Positions 38,653-48,011 of a stretch of DNA of 64,000 nucleotides are shown here, piece after piece (position 1 is the stretch's first letter; every line of letters starts with the position of its first letter). The stretch is from the NCBI GenBank assembly GCA_039798785.1, contig JBDKFG010000003.1, forward strand, positions 32,001 to 96,000, in the 5' to 3' direction. The notes beneath the pieces are model-generated. The model saw nothing but the letters and a program-made list of their open reading frames with translations, was not told the origin of the DNA and searched no databases. Position numbers and translations under genes: made by a program. The stretch is from Verrucomicrobiota bacterium. Its GTDB lineage: Bacteria; Verrucomicrobiota; Lentisphaeria; Lentisphaerales; Lentisphaeraceae.

Positions 38653-40179
38653 TTATTTCAGCAAGGCCTCGAGGTTCTTGCAGAAGGGCACCTTCTCAAT
38701 CGAGCGGGCGTTGCCGACGATCTGCACCGCCTCCGCCCCGGCGCAATTGCCGAGGAATCCAACGAGCTCGAGAGGAAGCTTCTTCCTCAAGGCGAGAGCG
38801 ACCAGGCAGAGCACCGCATCGCCGGCACCGACACGGTCGACCACCTTGGTGGCAAAGGCGGGGATGGTCACCGACCCAGCTCCAGGCTTGTGCATCTGGG
38901 TCCCGTACTTGCCGCGGGTGAGCACCGCGACGCCGCATTCCATCCGCTTGCAGATCTCGGTGATCATCTCTTCCGGCGCAAGATGGCGGTTGCGGAACTC
39001 GCAGACCAGTTCGTGCTGGGCCACCGAGATGGCATCGCAGCGGCGGTAGCGGGAGATAGGATTATGCCCCTGGTTGCCGGCATTGCCCTGGGCGTTGCAG
39101 ACCAGGAATGGCGCCTTGTCGCAAAGGATGTCAATCGCTCTCTGCGTCATCATCCCATGGCCATAATCGGCGACGACGACGAGATCAAAGCGGCCAAGAT
39201 TCTCTTCCAGCCACTGACAGAACTGATCTTCGCGGCGACCGCAGATCATCGCGTCATTGATCTCATAGACCTCGAAAAGTTTCTGAGTCAGCTCCATCTC
39301 GACGAAGCGGCGCTTGACGATGGTTGGCGAATCCTTCTTCTGGAAAAAAGTGGGCGTGACATTGCCCTTCAGACTCTCGCGGATGAACGGCTCCTGCGAG
39401 GCTCGATCTCCAAGGAAGGTGCAGACTTCGACCTCTTTGCAGAAGCTGGCCAGGTGGTTTGCGACGGCGAGTGACCCGCCAGCATGCTTCTCCGCCCGCT
39501 CGAATCGCGAAGCCAGGATCGGCTCCTTCATCGATTTGCCCATGGTGCGGACGTAGTGATACTCGTCGATGATCGCTTCGCCGAGAACCAGGACCTTGAG
39601 ATCCCAGAAGCTGTCGACCGCCTTCACAGTCTGCTCCGCGCTGAATACCGCTCGGAAACCGGCCAGCCAGTTCTGCAGATCCCGAGGAATCACCGGCATG
39701 TAGGTATTGATCAGCTGGGTGGAACTGTAGACGATGTCCTCGGTGAAAATCATCCTGCCGCCGAGCTCTGCGAGGGCGGCCTGCTCGGCCTTGATGTAAG
39801 TGTTGCCGTTCTCCGCCGCGCCGCGGTACTCGCCGCCCTTGGCATAGAAATCAGGCTTGAGCAGGCGGATCGTCGGCTCGGCGGTGGTCCAACCGTTGAG
39901 AGCGACGAAGTCGACACAGTCGAGAGCGGCAATCGCTTCGAGCCGCAATTCTTCCCGGAAAGCAGGTCGGCCAGGCCCCTTGTCGACAAATCGGTCAGGC
40001 GTGACGGTGACGACCAGGATGTCTCCATGGCTTTTCGCCTGTTTGAAGTGGCGCATGTGGCCGACATGGAGAAGGTCGAAGCAGCCATGGCAGTGCACGA
40101 TCCGGCGGCCGGACCTCTTGAGCTCCGCAATCCTCTCGACAAGCTGCGGCATCTCAAGGACTTTTGGCGACGTCTCCAT
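38653..40179 (-). CDS. bifunctional nucleotidyltransferase (HldC-like, N-terminal) / PfkB-family sugar kinase (HldA-like, C-terminal)
   Basis: HGCFDLLHVGH, KGPGRP, YAKGGEY, SST; then GEAIIDEY, DYGHG, VDRVGAGD. Confidence 0.85.
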   Translation of the reverse strand: METSPKVLEMPQLVERIAELKRSGRRIVHCHGCFDLLHVGHMRHFKQAKSHGDILVVTVTPDRFVDKGPGRPAFREELRLEAIAALDCVDFVALNGWTTAEPTIRLLKPDFYAKGGEYRGAAENGNTYIKAEQAALAELGGRMIFTEDIVYSSTQLINTYMPVIPRDLQNWLAGFRAVFSAEQTVKAVDSFWDLKVLVLGEAIIDEYHYVRTMGKSMKEPILASRFERAEKHAGGSLAVANHLASFCKEVEVCTFLGDRASQEPFIRESLKGNVTPTFFQKKDSPTIVKRRFVEMELTQKLFEVYEINDAMICGRREDQFCQWLEENLGRFDLVVVADYGHGMMTQRAIDILCDKAPFLVCNAQGNAGNQGHNPISRYRRCDAISVAQHELVCEFRNRHLAPEEMITEICKRMECGVAVLTRGKYGTQMHKPGAGSVTIPAFATKVVDRVGAGDAVLCLVALALRKKLPLELVGFLGNCAGAEAVQIVGNARSIEKVPFCKNLEALLK

Positions 40180-40247
40180 GACTCGGCTCCGTTGGCTGGG
40201 GTTTTCAAAATGCGGGGAACGCAAGAGCCGTGCCCGGGAGCTTCCCT

Positions 40248-40301
40248 CTGGAACCGCTGGCACGGCTGAACGTCCTGGAACCGCTGGAGGCGCTTGGATC
40301 C
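40248..40301. repeat. degenerate 9-bp tandem repeat, 6 units
   Basis: ctggaaccg ctggcacgg ctgaacgtc ctggaaccg ctggaggcg cttggatcc. Confidence 0.7.
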
Positions 40302-40330
40302 AGGCCACTCCTCAGCTTTGCGGCGGGAAG

Positions 40331-40378
40331 TCAATTCTTTCAACTTTTCAACCATTCAAGCCCCCAACCTTCTCAACT
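40331..40378. repeat. degenerate ~8-bp tandem repeat (TCAACxxx), 6 units
   Basis: TCAA/CCAA recurs at 40331, 40340, 40348, 40356, 40364 and 40373; it resembles the reverse complement of the repeat at 3185-3215. Confidence 0.6.
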
Positions 40379-40426
40379 GTGGTTTTGGGGTTTAATGTGC
40401 GGCCATCAACAAAACCGGAGCCTTTC

Positions 40427-40894
40427 ATGTTGAACAACGATGTCCTGCGGAGTCTCCGCTACATGCTGGATTTGAGTGAAGTCCAGGTCATCAAGATCTT
40501 CCTCCACGTAGGCAAGGAGGTGAGCCCGCAAGATGTCGCCACCTGGCTGCTCAAGAACGAGGAGGAGGAAGGTTTCGTCGATTGCCCGAGGCGCCAGCTC
40601 TCCCAGTTCCTCGACGGTCTGATCATCCACAAAAGAGGGCGCCGTCCCGACGCCCCTCCTCCGCCGCCGGAAAACACCCTGGACAACAACATGATCCTGA
40701 AGAAGCTGCGGGTCGCCTTCGAACTCAAGGAAGAGGACATCCTGCAAATCCTCAACTCGGTAGGCTTCCGGATCTCAGCCCCTGAGATCAACGCCCTCTT
40801 TCGCAAAAAAGGGCACCCGAACTATCGGGATTGCGGCGACCAGATCTTGCGCAATTTCCTCAAGGGCCTGACGGCACGGGTCCGAGATTATTGA
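40427..40894 (+). CDS. DUF1456 (YehS) family protein
   Basis: MLNNDVLRSLRYML, FLDGLIIHKRG, NNMILKKLRVAF.L, ALFRKKGHPNYRDCGDQILRNFLKGL. Confidence 0.92.
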   Translation: MLNNDVLRSLRYMLDLSEVQVIKIFLHVGKEVSPQDVATWLLKNEEEEGFVDCPRRQLSQFLDGLIIHKRGRRPDAPPPPPENTLDNNMILKKLRVAFELKEEDILQILNSVGFRISAPEINALFRKKGHPNYRDCGDQILRNFLKGLTARVRDY

Positions 40895-40904
40895 ATCGCT
40901 CGGA

Positions 40905-41861
40905 TCACGCGAGGGGGGCTACCTTGATCCAGCAATGGGGATGGGGATTGCCGCGGAAGAAGCAGACAAAGCCAGGCCCCCAGATCTCCCAGTTGTCCCA
41001 GACTCCATCCCGGCCGAGATCTTCTTTCTGGAAGTAATGAATCTTCAGTGAATCGATTCCTCCTCGCGCCTCGATCGCCTGCCAGGCGAGCTGGCTGTCG
41101 CGTCGCCGATAGGGCCGCGTCAATACCGCCTCGAGAAGCAGTTTCGCCAGTTCCCGGCCCTCGCCATTCAACTCGGCAAAGGACAATCCCCGGGTGTCCT
41201 GCGGCCCGAGCAGAACCGCCGGCTTGTCGCGAGATTCAGACTGGGTCAATGCCGCGGCCTGCTGTATCAAAGGAAGAGACTTGTACAAACGGTTGGCTGC
41301 CAGGCTCTGGTACCACCAGATATTCCCGGCGTGATCGGGTTTTTCGTAGAAATCGCCGGAGGCATGCCCGGCCATCATCGAACCGCCGAAGGGTTCGCGA
41401 GAATTCTGCTGCCAGCGTCGCGTGAGGTGACGTCCGGCGAAAAGAAGTGTCAATCCTTCAGCATCCTGAGGAGTCCCGAAGAAGGCGAAGGAGACTCCTG
41501 CTATGCCGACTCCTCCGTTGTCCTCCTGGGTCTGACGAAGAACCTCGTCGGCAAAATCTTCGGCATGCAGGCCTCGGAATATCCTGGTCGCCAGCTCCAT
41601 CTGGGAAGGTCTGAGGACCTGGCCGACTTCCTGATCCAGAATCGTCCAATTGTTGTTGGTATAGGCTCTTTTCGGATGCTTGCCATCGAGACAGAGCAGG
41701 CGGCGTTGATCAGGGCTCAAGGAGGCATGAAGCTCGGCGACAGGATCGGCCAGTTCGTCGCGGGTCTCCAAGGAGCGTGATCCGCAGGATGCCATCGACA
41801 AGCTGAGAGGAAGCGACAGGGAGCCGGCGAGAAAACGGCGGCGGTCGAAAGCATGGTCCAT
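40905..41861 (-). CDS. Tat-exported (lipo)protein, DUF3500-like
   Basis: RRRFL twin-arginine signal, ASC lipobox-like site, FFGTP, GRHLT.R, C-terminal W.IWGPGFV.FFRG.PH.H.W. Confidence 0.65.
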   Translation of the reverse strand: MDHAFDRRRFLAGSLSLPLSLSMASCGSRSLETRDELADPVAELHASLSPDQRRLLCLDGKHPKRAYTNNNWTILDQEVGQVLRPSQMELATRIFRGLHAEDFADEVLRQTQEDNGGVGIAGVSFAFFGTPQDAEGLTLLFAGRHLTRRWQQNSREPFGGSMMAGHASGDFYEKPDHAGNIWWYQSLAANRLYKSLPLIQQAAALTQSESRDKPAVLLGPQDTRGLSFAELNGEGRELAKLLLEAVLTRPYRRRDSQLAWQAIEARGGIDSLKIHYFQKEDLGRDGVWDNWEIWGPGFVCFFRGNPHPHCWIKVAPLA

Positions 41862-41959
41862 GAACTTTCTCCGAGGGAGTTTAAGTGATATGAGAAGTGA
41901 GGAGGCCTCCGTTTAGGAACCCGCAGGCCGGATTTGGTTCCAGCGGAATCCGCCGTCAA

Positions 41960-41987
41960 AAAAGCCCGAGCAATCGCTCGGGCTTTT
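41960..41987. terminator. intrinsic terminator downstream of the small secreted protein gene (structure is bidirectional)
   Basis: Perfect inverted repeat aaaagcccgagc-aatc-gctcgggctttt; T6 tail on the minus strand. Confidence 0.85.
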
Positions 41988-42008
41988 GGGCTTGCAAGGC
42001 TCAGGCTA

Positions 42009-42299
42009 TTATTTGGCCGCGGGAGCTTCAGCCTTGGGCTCTTCGGCCTTCTTCTCGGCGGCGGGAGCTTCGGGCTTGGCTTCTTCGGCTTTCTTCTCGG
42101 CGGCGGCTTCCGACTTCTTGTCGCAGCCCTTGCATTCCTCTTTCTTGTCGCCGGCGGCGGGGGCGGCGGGGGCGGCTTCGGCAGCCTTCTCTGCGGCAGC
42201 GGGGGCGGGGGCGGGAGTCACGACAGGCTCAGTCTCGGCAGCTTGGGCGGTGAAAGCGAAAAGAGCGAAGCTGGCAGAGAGAGTATAAATGGCGTTCAT
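42009..42299 (-). CDS. small secreted low-complexity Ala/Pro/Glu/Lys-rich protein with a CxxC motif
   Basis: AGGAG RBS, signal peptide ending AQA, KKEECKGCDKK, repeated AAEKKAEE; own terminator. Confidence 0.75.
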   Translation of the reverse strand: MNAIYTLSASFALFAFTAQAAETEPVVTPAPAPAAAEKAAEAAPAAPAAGDKKEECKGCDKKSEAAAEKKAEEAKPEAPAAEKKAEEPKAEAPAAK

Positions 42300-42513
42300 G
42301 ATCTTCTCCTGATGGTTTTTGTTTGGCGGGATCCTGAAGACTTCTGGCTTCTTTCCCCGCCACGGATACTGGACTCCCGGAAGAAAATCAGACTCGATCC
42401 GTTTTTTGGCGGAATTCGGAAGGCGGCGAGCGGAATCGGCGACTTGCCGCCTGCATGAAGAAGACCAAAAGCGGCGCTATCTTGCACGACGACACCAGAC
42501 TCGAGACCCTTCC

Positions 42514-43770
42514 ATGAACGCATTCTTCATCGCTCTGCGCCGCGGCTTGCGGCACGACCTCGTCCAGGTCCTGCTTGCGGCTGCGGCGGTGGCTCTTTCC
42601 TGCGCCCTACTGCTCACCGTGCGCTCGACGCAGAGCCAGGCCGGCCAGGCCCTCCTCGCCGCAGGCGGCGGCTTCGACGGCATCGTCGGGTCGCGAGGCT
42701 CGCAGATGCAGCTCGTGCTCTGCGGCATCTATCACCTCGAGCCGGCCCCGGGAAACCTGTCCTGGAGTCTGGTCAAGGCACTCCAGAAGGATCGCCGCGT
42801 GATCTCGGCGGTGCCGATCTGCGTCGGCGACAACTATCGCGGCTTCCGCATCGTCGCCACCAGCGAGAGCCTCTTCTCCGGGCCCGGGCTTCTCGCCTCC
42901 CGTGCCCCGCGCTTCCAGGCCGGACGAGGCTTCGATCCGCTCGCCCGCGAGGCCGTCCTCGGCAGCCTGGCGGCAAAACAGGCTGGACTCAAGCTCGGTG
43001 ACAGCTTCTCCCCCTTCCACGGCCTGAGCTACAACCCCGACGGCCACCAGCATCTCGACCAGGTGCTCACCGTGGTCGGCATCCTTGAAGCCACCGGCAC
43101 TCCCGCCGACCGGGTGATATGGACTCCTCTCGAAACCCATTTCCGCATGTCCGGTCACGTCCTTCGGGGAGGCGGCGGCGAATACGTCAGCAAGCCCGGC
43201 GAAGAGATTCCCGAAGAGGTCAAAGAAGTGTCCGCGGTGCTCATCCGCTGCCGCAATCCCCTGGTCATGTGGTCCCTGAAGGAGGAAATCAACCTCCGGG
43301 GCAGCGTCGCGACAATGGCGGATGTCCGCAGCTCCGTCGCCGATTTCAGCCAGCGGCTCGACGGCGGTGTCAAGCTTCTCGGGCTGGTGGCCATGGTGAC
43401 CGCAGTCTCCGCCGCCCTGGGCATTCTCGGCGGCACCCTGTCGCTTCTGGAGCGGCGCCGGCGTGAATTCGCCGTCCTGAGGGTGATGGGCGCGCGGCGG
43501 CGCTGGCTCGCGGCGCTGATCCTGGCCCACGCGGCAAGCGTCGCCCTGCTCGGCGCCCTGACCGGCGGCTTCCTCTACCTCGGCTTGGCATCCGGCGCGG
43601 CGGCGGCGGTGCAGGAACGCAGCGGCCTGGTCCTCCAGGTCTTACCCCGGGATCCGGTGCTGGCGGCGATCCCGGCGGGGATGGTCATCCTCGCGCTTTT
43701 CGCCGCTCTGCTTCCAGCCTGGCAGGCTTATCGCGGCGACCTGGCGGCAAACCTGGGGCAACGGGAATGA
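42514..43770 (+). CDS. FtsX/MacB-like ABC permease (ZrgC-like)
   Basis: N-terminal TM, D.IVGSRGSQMQLVL..IYHL, GDNYRGFRIV, His loop GHQH, ERRRREFAVLRVMGA, LPAWQAYR. Confidence 0.82.
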   Translation: MNAFFIALRRGLRHDLVQVLLAAAAVALSCALLLTVRSTQSQAGQALLAAGGGFDGIVGSRGSQMQLVLCGIYHLEPAPGNLSWSLVKALQKDRRVISAVPICVGDNYRGFRIVATSESLFSGPGLLASRAPRFQAGRGFDPLAREAVLGSLAAKQAGLKLGDSFSPFHGLSYNPDGHQHLDQVLTVVGILEATGTPADRVIWTPLETHFRMSGHVLRGGGGEYVSKPGEEIPEEVKEVSAVLIRCRNPLVMWSLKEEINLRGSVATMADVRSSVADFSQRLDGGVKLLGLVAMVTAVSAALGILGGTLSLLERRRREFAVLRVMGARRRWLAALILAHAASVALLGALTGGFLYLGLASGAAAAVQERSGLVLQVLPRDPVLAAIPAGMVILALFAALLPAWQAYRGDLAANLGQRE

Positions 43771-44303
43771 ACCGCATCCTCCGCGTTTTTGGCGTGGCCA
43801 CACTGCTCGTCATCCTCGCCGGCATGCTCGCGCCTCGCCCAGCACCCCCGGCAGCGCTGCTGCCAAGCCCAGTTCCCGAAGCCGGAAGCGAAGCCGTCTC
43901 CCTCGCCAGGCTGAAGGATTGGCCGCTCCCTGCCCACGAACCGACGGATATCGCCGAAGACGAGCTCGCCGCAGTGATGTCGGCGATGCCGGAGGACCTG
44001 AAGGCTCTCGACGGCCGCAGAGTCAGCATCTGCGGCTACGCCTATCCTCGCACCGACGAGAACGGAAGGCTTCTCGGCTTCCTGCTGATACCGGACCACG
44101 GCCTATGCTGCAGCGGCAAGCCCCCTCCTGCGCACAGCGTCGTCTGCGTCTTTCCCGGAGCCATCGGCAAGGTGCCCCTCGATCAGCCCGTGCAGGTCAC
44201 CGGAGTCTTCTCCGCCGGAGTGCGCCGAACCAGCTTCGCCGAAGGAGAAGGCTGCCTGATGCCCTGGCGCCTGCACGCCGAGACGCTCCGCCTCGTCCAG
44301 TGA
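43767..44303 (+). CDS. DUF3299-family protein
   Basis: N-terminal hydrophobic segment, LKALDGRRVSICGY..P, FLLIP...LCC....PP, PVQVTG. Confidence 0.72.
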   Translation: MNRILRVFGVATLLVILAGMLAPRPAPPAALLPSPVPEAGSEAVSLARLKDWPLPAHEPTDIAEDELAAVMSAMPEDLKALDGRRVSICGYAYPRTDENGRLLGFLLIPDHGLCCSGKPPPAHSVVCVFPGAIGKVPLDQPVQVTGVFSAGVRRTSFAEGEGCLMPWRLHAETLRLVQ

Positions 44304-44381
44304 ACCAGTAAACGGACGGGCAGAGGCAAAAACCGGACTGGCACTATCTTCTCGGGCTCGCAAGAATCTTTATCAAGGGAG

Positions 44382-45047
44382 ATGCAAATGTCCGGTGTCA
44401 TCATCGCAGCAGCCGAGAGCCAGGGTTCGGTATTGCGCCAGCTGCTGGTGCAAGGCGGTTCCACCCTGATCCTCCTCATCGTCATGTCCGTCCTGTGCGT
44501 CACCCTCTTCGTCTTCCTGTATCTTCACATCCGGGCAGAATCAGTGGCGCCGAGGGCGGTGATGGAGGAGATGGAAAAACTGGCCCGCAGCAAGGACCAC
44601 CAGGGTCTGCACCGCATCTGCGCCACGGTGGAATGCCCGGCGACCGCAATCGTCGCGGCGGCGACCGAAGAAGCCGTGGCCGGCGGGGAGGACGTCGCGG
44701 CGATGCGCGACGCGGCGGAATCAGAAGGCTCGGTGCAGGCGGCGTCGCTGGCTTCCAAGGTGCGCTGGCTGCTCGACATCGCCGTAGTCGCGCCGATGAT
44801 CGGACTTCTCGGCACCGTGGTCGGCATGCGCGAAGCCTTCGCCGGTGTCCAGGCTGACATTGAGAAAGTCAAGCCGGTCCTGCTCGCGGGCGGCGTCGCC
44901 AAGGCGCTGATCACCACCGCCGGCGGCATCATCCTCGGGGTGATGGCGATGATCCTTTACGCCGTGATGCGCCACCGCTGCGACACGGCGGTGTCGACGC
45001 TGCAGACGCGAGCCGGCCGCGTCGTCCGCATCCTCTGCCGCCGTTGA
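44382..45047 (+). CDS. MotA/TolQ/ExbB proton channel protein
   Basis: APMIGLLGTVVGM, LAGGVAKALITTAGG. Confidence 0.92.
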   Translation: MQMSGVIIAAAESQGSVLRQLLVQGGSTLILLIVMSVLCVTLFVFLYLHIRAESVAPRAVMEEMEKLARSKDHQGLHRICATVECPATAIVAAATEEAVAGGEDVAAMRDAAESEGSVQAASLASKVRWLLDIAVVAPMIGLLGTVVGMREAFAGVQADIEKVKPVLLAGGVAKALITTAGGIILGVMAMILYAVMRHRCDTAVSTLQTRAGRVVRILCRR

Positions 45048-45054
45048 GGCCGAA

Positions 45055-45471
45055 ATGGACTTCCGACGCCGCCAGAACCGCGAAGAGCTGAGCTTCCAGC
45101 TCACGCCCATGGCCGACTTGTTTTTCGTCCTCATCATTTTCTTCATGACCATGTGGATCTACAAGGAGTACGAACGCAATCTCGAGGTGGTCGTCCCGAA
45201 AGCGGAATCCGGCAAAAATGCAGATCGAGCTCCCGCCGAACTGATCGTCAACGTCACCCGCGTCGGACGCTTCATCATCAACGGCGTCGACAAGACTCCG
45301 GCCTCGCTCGACCTGACCCTTAAAGCCGTGGCCTCCTACGACCGGGGGCAACCGGTGATCATCCGCGCCGACGCTGATGCACCGCACCGCTTCTTCGTCA
45401 CTGTCTTCGACCTGTGCCAGAAGAACGGATTGGAAAATGTCCGGATCGCCACCCTGCCTCCGGAGAAATGA
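45055..45471 (+). CDS. ExbD/TolR biopolymer transport protein
   Basis: LTPMADLFFVLIIFFM with the conserved TM Asp; VIIRAD. Confidence 0.92.
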   Translation: MDFRRRQNREELSFQLTPMADLFFVLIIFFMTMWIYKEYERNLEVVVPKAESGKNADRAPAELIVNVTRVGRFIINGVDKTPASLDLTLKAVASYDRGQPVIIRADADAPHRFFVTVFDLCQKNGLENVRIATLPPEK

Positions 45472-47933
45472 ACTTTGCAGGTCGAAAGGCAGTCTTCAAC
45501 AGGCCAAGGGACGCAGACATGAATGAGATTCCGAAGATGCTGGCTCTTTTGCTCTGCCCGATGGCGGTTTTCGCCGTCAGCGAGGCCGCGCCGCCAAAGA
45601 CCGACGCCCAGGCGCTGAGCCTCCTCCCTGACGCCCAAAAACTGAGCCCCTCCCCTTCGCCATACAACGCGGTTCCCGTGGAGGAGCAATGGGCGATGGC
45701 GGAAGGATTGTTCCGACGCGGCTTTTTCGACGATGCCGAGACCGAATACCGGGTGCTCGACCGCGACTCGGTGCCGCCCGAGCGGCGATGCAAGGTCCTG
45801 CTCCGCCTCGCAGATTGCGCCGAGAAGAAGAAGGCCGCCGCCGCCTGCCAGGAGTATCTCGAACGCTATGTCAAGATGGAGTCCGACGCCAGCTTGCGTG
45901 AAAAGGCCCGGCTTCGCATCGGCATGACCTTGGCGCAAAGAGGAGAGCGTGAGCAGGCCTTGAAGGTACTGGCAGCCCTGGACCGCAAGATCGATGGCGG
46001 CTCGCTCTGGGAAAGCGGCCGTTACGAGAGCGCCCGCATCCTCCTTGCCGAAAAGAAGCGGGATGAAGCCTCGGCCATCTTCGCCGAGCTGGCGGCGCTC
46101 CCGTGGGACGCTGCCAGCATCGTCCGCTGCTACGCCAGCTTTGTCCACGGCGAGGACCTGCGCGGCAGCAGGAAACTGCAGGAGTCCCTCGGCTTCTTCC
46201 GCCGCGTAGCAGAATCCCAGTCAGCACCGGCGGAGCTCCGGGAAGCCGCCTGGCTCCGCTGCATGGAGATCAAGACCCTCGGAGGCGACCACGGCGCCGT
46301 GGTCGACTTCTACCAGGCTTTCAAGCTCAATCTCCCCGAAGCCAGGCAGCTCCCTCAGGCCGCCCTGGAAGCCGGACGCGCCCTGCTCAGCCTGGGCCGC
46401 CCGGCGGAAGCCCTGCGCATTCTGGATGAAGGGCGAGGACTCAGCGGATCGCACGGCGCCGAGCGCCAGATGATGATCGGGCTCGCCTGTTACGCCCTTC
46501 AGCGCGATGAAGAGGCCCTGGCCGCCTTCCATGCGGCGGCGGAACCCGGATCGCCCCAGTTCGCCGCCGCCCTGTCGCAACAGCTCCTCTGCCTGGTGCG
46601 CCTGCATCGACATGAAGAGTGCCTCAAGTCCGGCCTGCCCCTCCTCAATGCCGGAGTCAATCCGACAGTCCGTAGCGACGCCGCACTGGCGATGGCGCGC
46701 AGCGCCATCGCCCTGAAACGCGAGGCCCGTGCGGACGAATTGCTCGAGCTGGCCATCCGGGAGGCCCCTCCGGAATGGCCAGGCCTGGAGAGCGCCGCCA
46801 GGCTCCTGGCGGCGGAGCGGAGCCGCCTGGGCATGCATGAAAAAGCCTCAGCCGCCTGGAAGGTTCTCGCCGCCAGATCCCCCGCGATCCGCAACGATGC
46901 CGAACTCGAAGAAGCTCTCTCGCTCCGACGAGCCGGCTTGCACGGCCGCGCCGCCGGCATCTACGCCGCCTGGCTTGAACGCTGCCCCCGGGAAGCTAGA
47001 CGCTTCGATGTCGCCTGCTCCTTGATCGAGACCCTGGCAGCCGAAGGCCGTGCCGAACAGGCCTTCGCCATCCTGGCCAGGACCCGCGACGGCGCAGACG
47101 CCCCCCGGCTGGCAAGCCTGGATGTGCTCGAAGGCCGCCTCCGATTTGAAAGGCGCGAGCCCGCACTCTGCCTCGAAAAGATCGACCGGGCCCTCGCCGA
47201 TCCCGCCCTGCCCCCCGAGCGCCGAGGCGATGCCCTTCTTCTGCAATCGATGGCGAGAATGGACCTGCGCCAGCCTGAGCAGGCTGCCGCCGCCGCCGCG
47301 GAGCTGGTCGGCTCGGGTCTACGCCCCATCGGCTTCGACACCCAGCGCAAGGAAGCCTTCGCACGCCTGCTCGAAACCTGGGGACGCGGCCAGGTCGCAG
47401 CCCAGCTCTATGCCGAGCTGGCCGACGCCGGCGAGGACTCCTGGCGCAGCGCCGCCGCCGCGGGTCGCGCCCGCCAGGCGGCGAGAGAGGAGAAATGGGA
47501 GGAGGCCGCTGCCGAAGCGTCCAAAGCGCTGGAGCTGGCGGGCGCCGAACGGCGGCGGCGGGCGGCAGCCCTGGTCGCTGCAGGCATCGCCGCCAGCCGC
47601 AACCCCGAACGCTCCTTGCAGCTTCTCACCGAGGCTCTCGCCCTGGCCCCGGAAGACGATGACGATGTCTGCGCCGCCGCCACCCTCCTTGCCGAATTCC
47701 GCGCCGGCCGCGGCGAACACGCCGAGGCGATGCGCCTCGCGGCACGCGCCTGGGTGACCCGCAACCACCCACTGTGGACACCTCGCGCCCTCCTCACGGC
47801 ACGAGGCTCCGCCAAAGCCCTCAACAAGCCCGAAGAGGCCGCCGGCCTCGAAAAAGAACTGCGCCAACGCTACCCCGCAGTCGCGATTCCCGAGGATAAG
47901 CCCGAAATTCTCGCCCCAGTCCCGTCAAAATGA
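45468..47933 (+). CDS. large exported tetratricopeptide-repeat protein
   Basis: Signal-like LALLLCPMAVFA followed by tandem Ala/Leu-rich helical TPR-like repeats and the C-terminal L..RYP motif. Start is 45468 (ATGA overlap with exbD) or 45519. Confidence 0.72.
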   Translation: MNFAGRKAVFNRPRDADMNEIPKMLALLLCPMAVFAVSEAAPPKTDAQALSLLPDAQKLSPSPSPYNAVPVEEQWAMAEGLFRRGFFDDAETEYRVLDRDSVPPERRCKVLLRLADCAEKKKAAAACQEYLERYVKMESDASLREKARLRIGMTLAQRGEREQALKVLAALDRKIDGGSLWESGRYESARILLAEKKRDEASAIFAELAALPWDAASIVRCYASFVHGEDLRGSRKLQESLGFFRRVAESQSAPAELREAAWLRCMEIKTLGGDHGAVVDFYQAFKLNLPEARQLPQAALEAGRALLSLGRPAEALRILDEGRGLSGSHGAERQMMIGLACYALQRDEEALAAFHAAAEPGSPQFAAALSQQLLCLVRLHRHEECLKSGLPLLNAGVNPTVRSDAALAMARSAIALKREARADELLELAIREAPPEWPGLESAARLLAAERSRLGMHEKASAAWKVLAARSPAIRNDAELEEALSLRRAGLHGRAAGIYAAWLERCPREARRFDVACSLIETLAAEGRAEQAFAILARTRDGADAPRLASLDVLEGRLRFERREPALCLEKIDRALADPALPPERRGDALLLQSMARMDLRQPEQAAAAAAELVGSGLRPIGFDTQRKEAFARLLETWGRGQVAAQLYAELADAGEDSWRSAAAAGRARQAAREEKWEEAAAEASKALELAGAERRRRAAALVAAGIAASRNPERSLQLLTEALALAPEDDDDVCAAATLLAEFRAGRGEHAEAMRLAARAWVTRNHPLWTPRALLTARGSAKALNKPEEAAGLEKELRQRYPAVAIPEDKPEILAPVPSK

Positions 47934-47960
47934 CTTTGCGCTCAGCGCAGCCCGGTTATA

Positions 47961-47989
47961 TTGGCACGATCCGGTGCGTCCGGTAAAAT
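47961..47989 (+). promoter_or_regulatory. sigma-70-type promoter for the FHA-ftsH-DUF167-ptsH cluster
   Basis: TTGGCA-N17-TAAAAT. Confidence 0.5.
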
Positions 47990-48011
47990 CGCAAGCTGAA
48001 GGATGTTAATC

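Noticed and set aside
40248..40378. Possible CRISPR array
   Set aside because: The units are 8-9 bp, contiguous and degenerate, with no spacers and no cas genes.
47962..47977. Sigma-54-like TGGCACG...TGC upstream of the FHA gene
   Set aside because: The GG-to-GC spacing is 11 nt rather than the required 10. A sigma-70 reading fits better.
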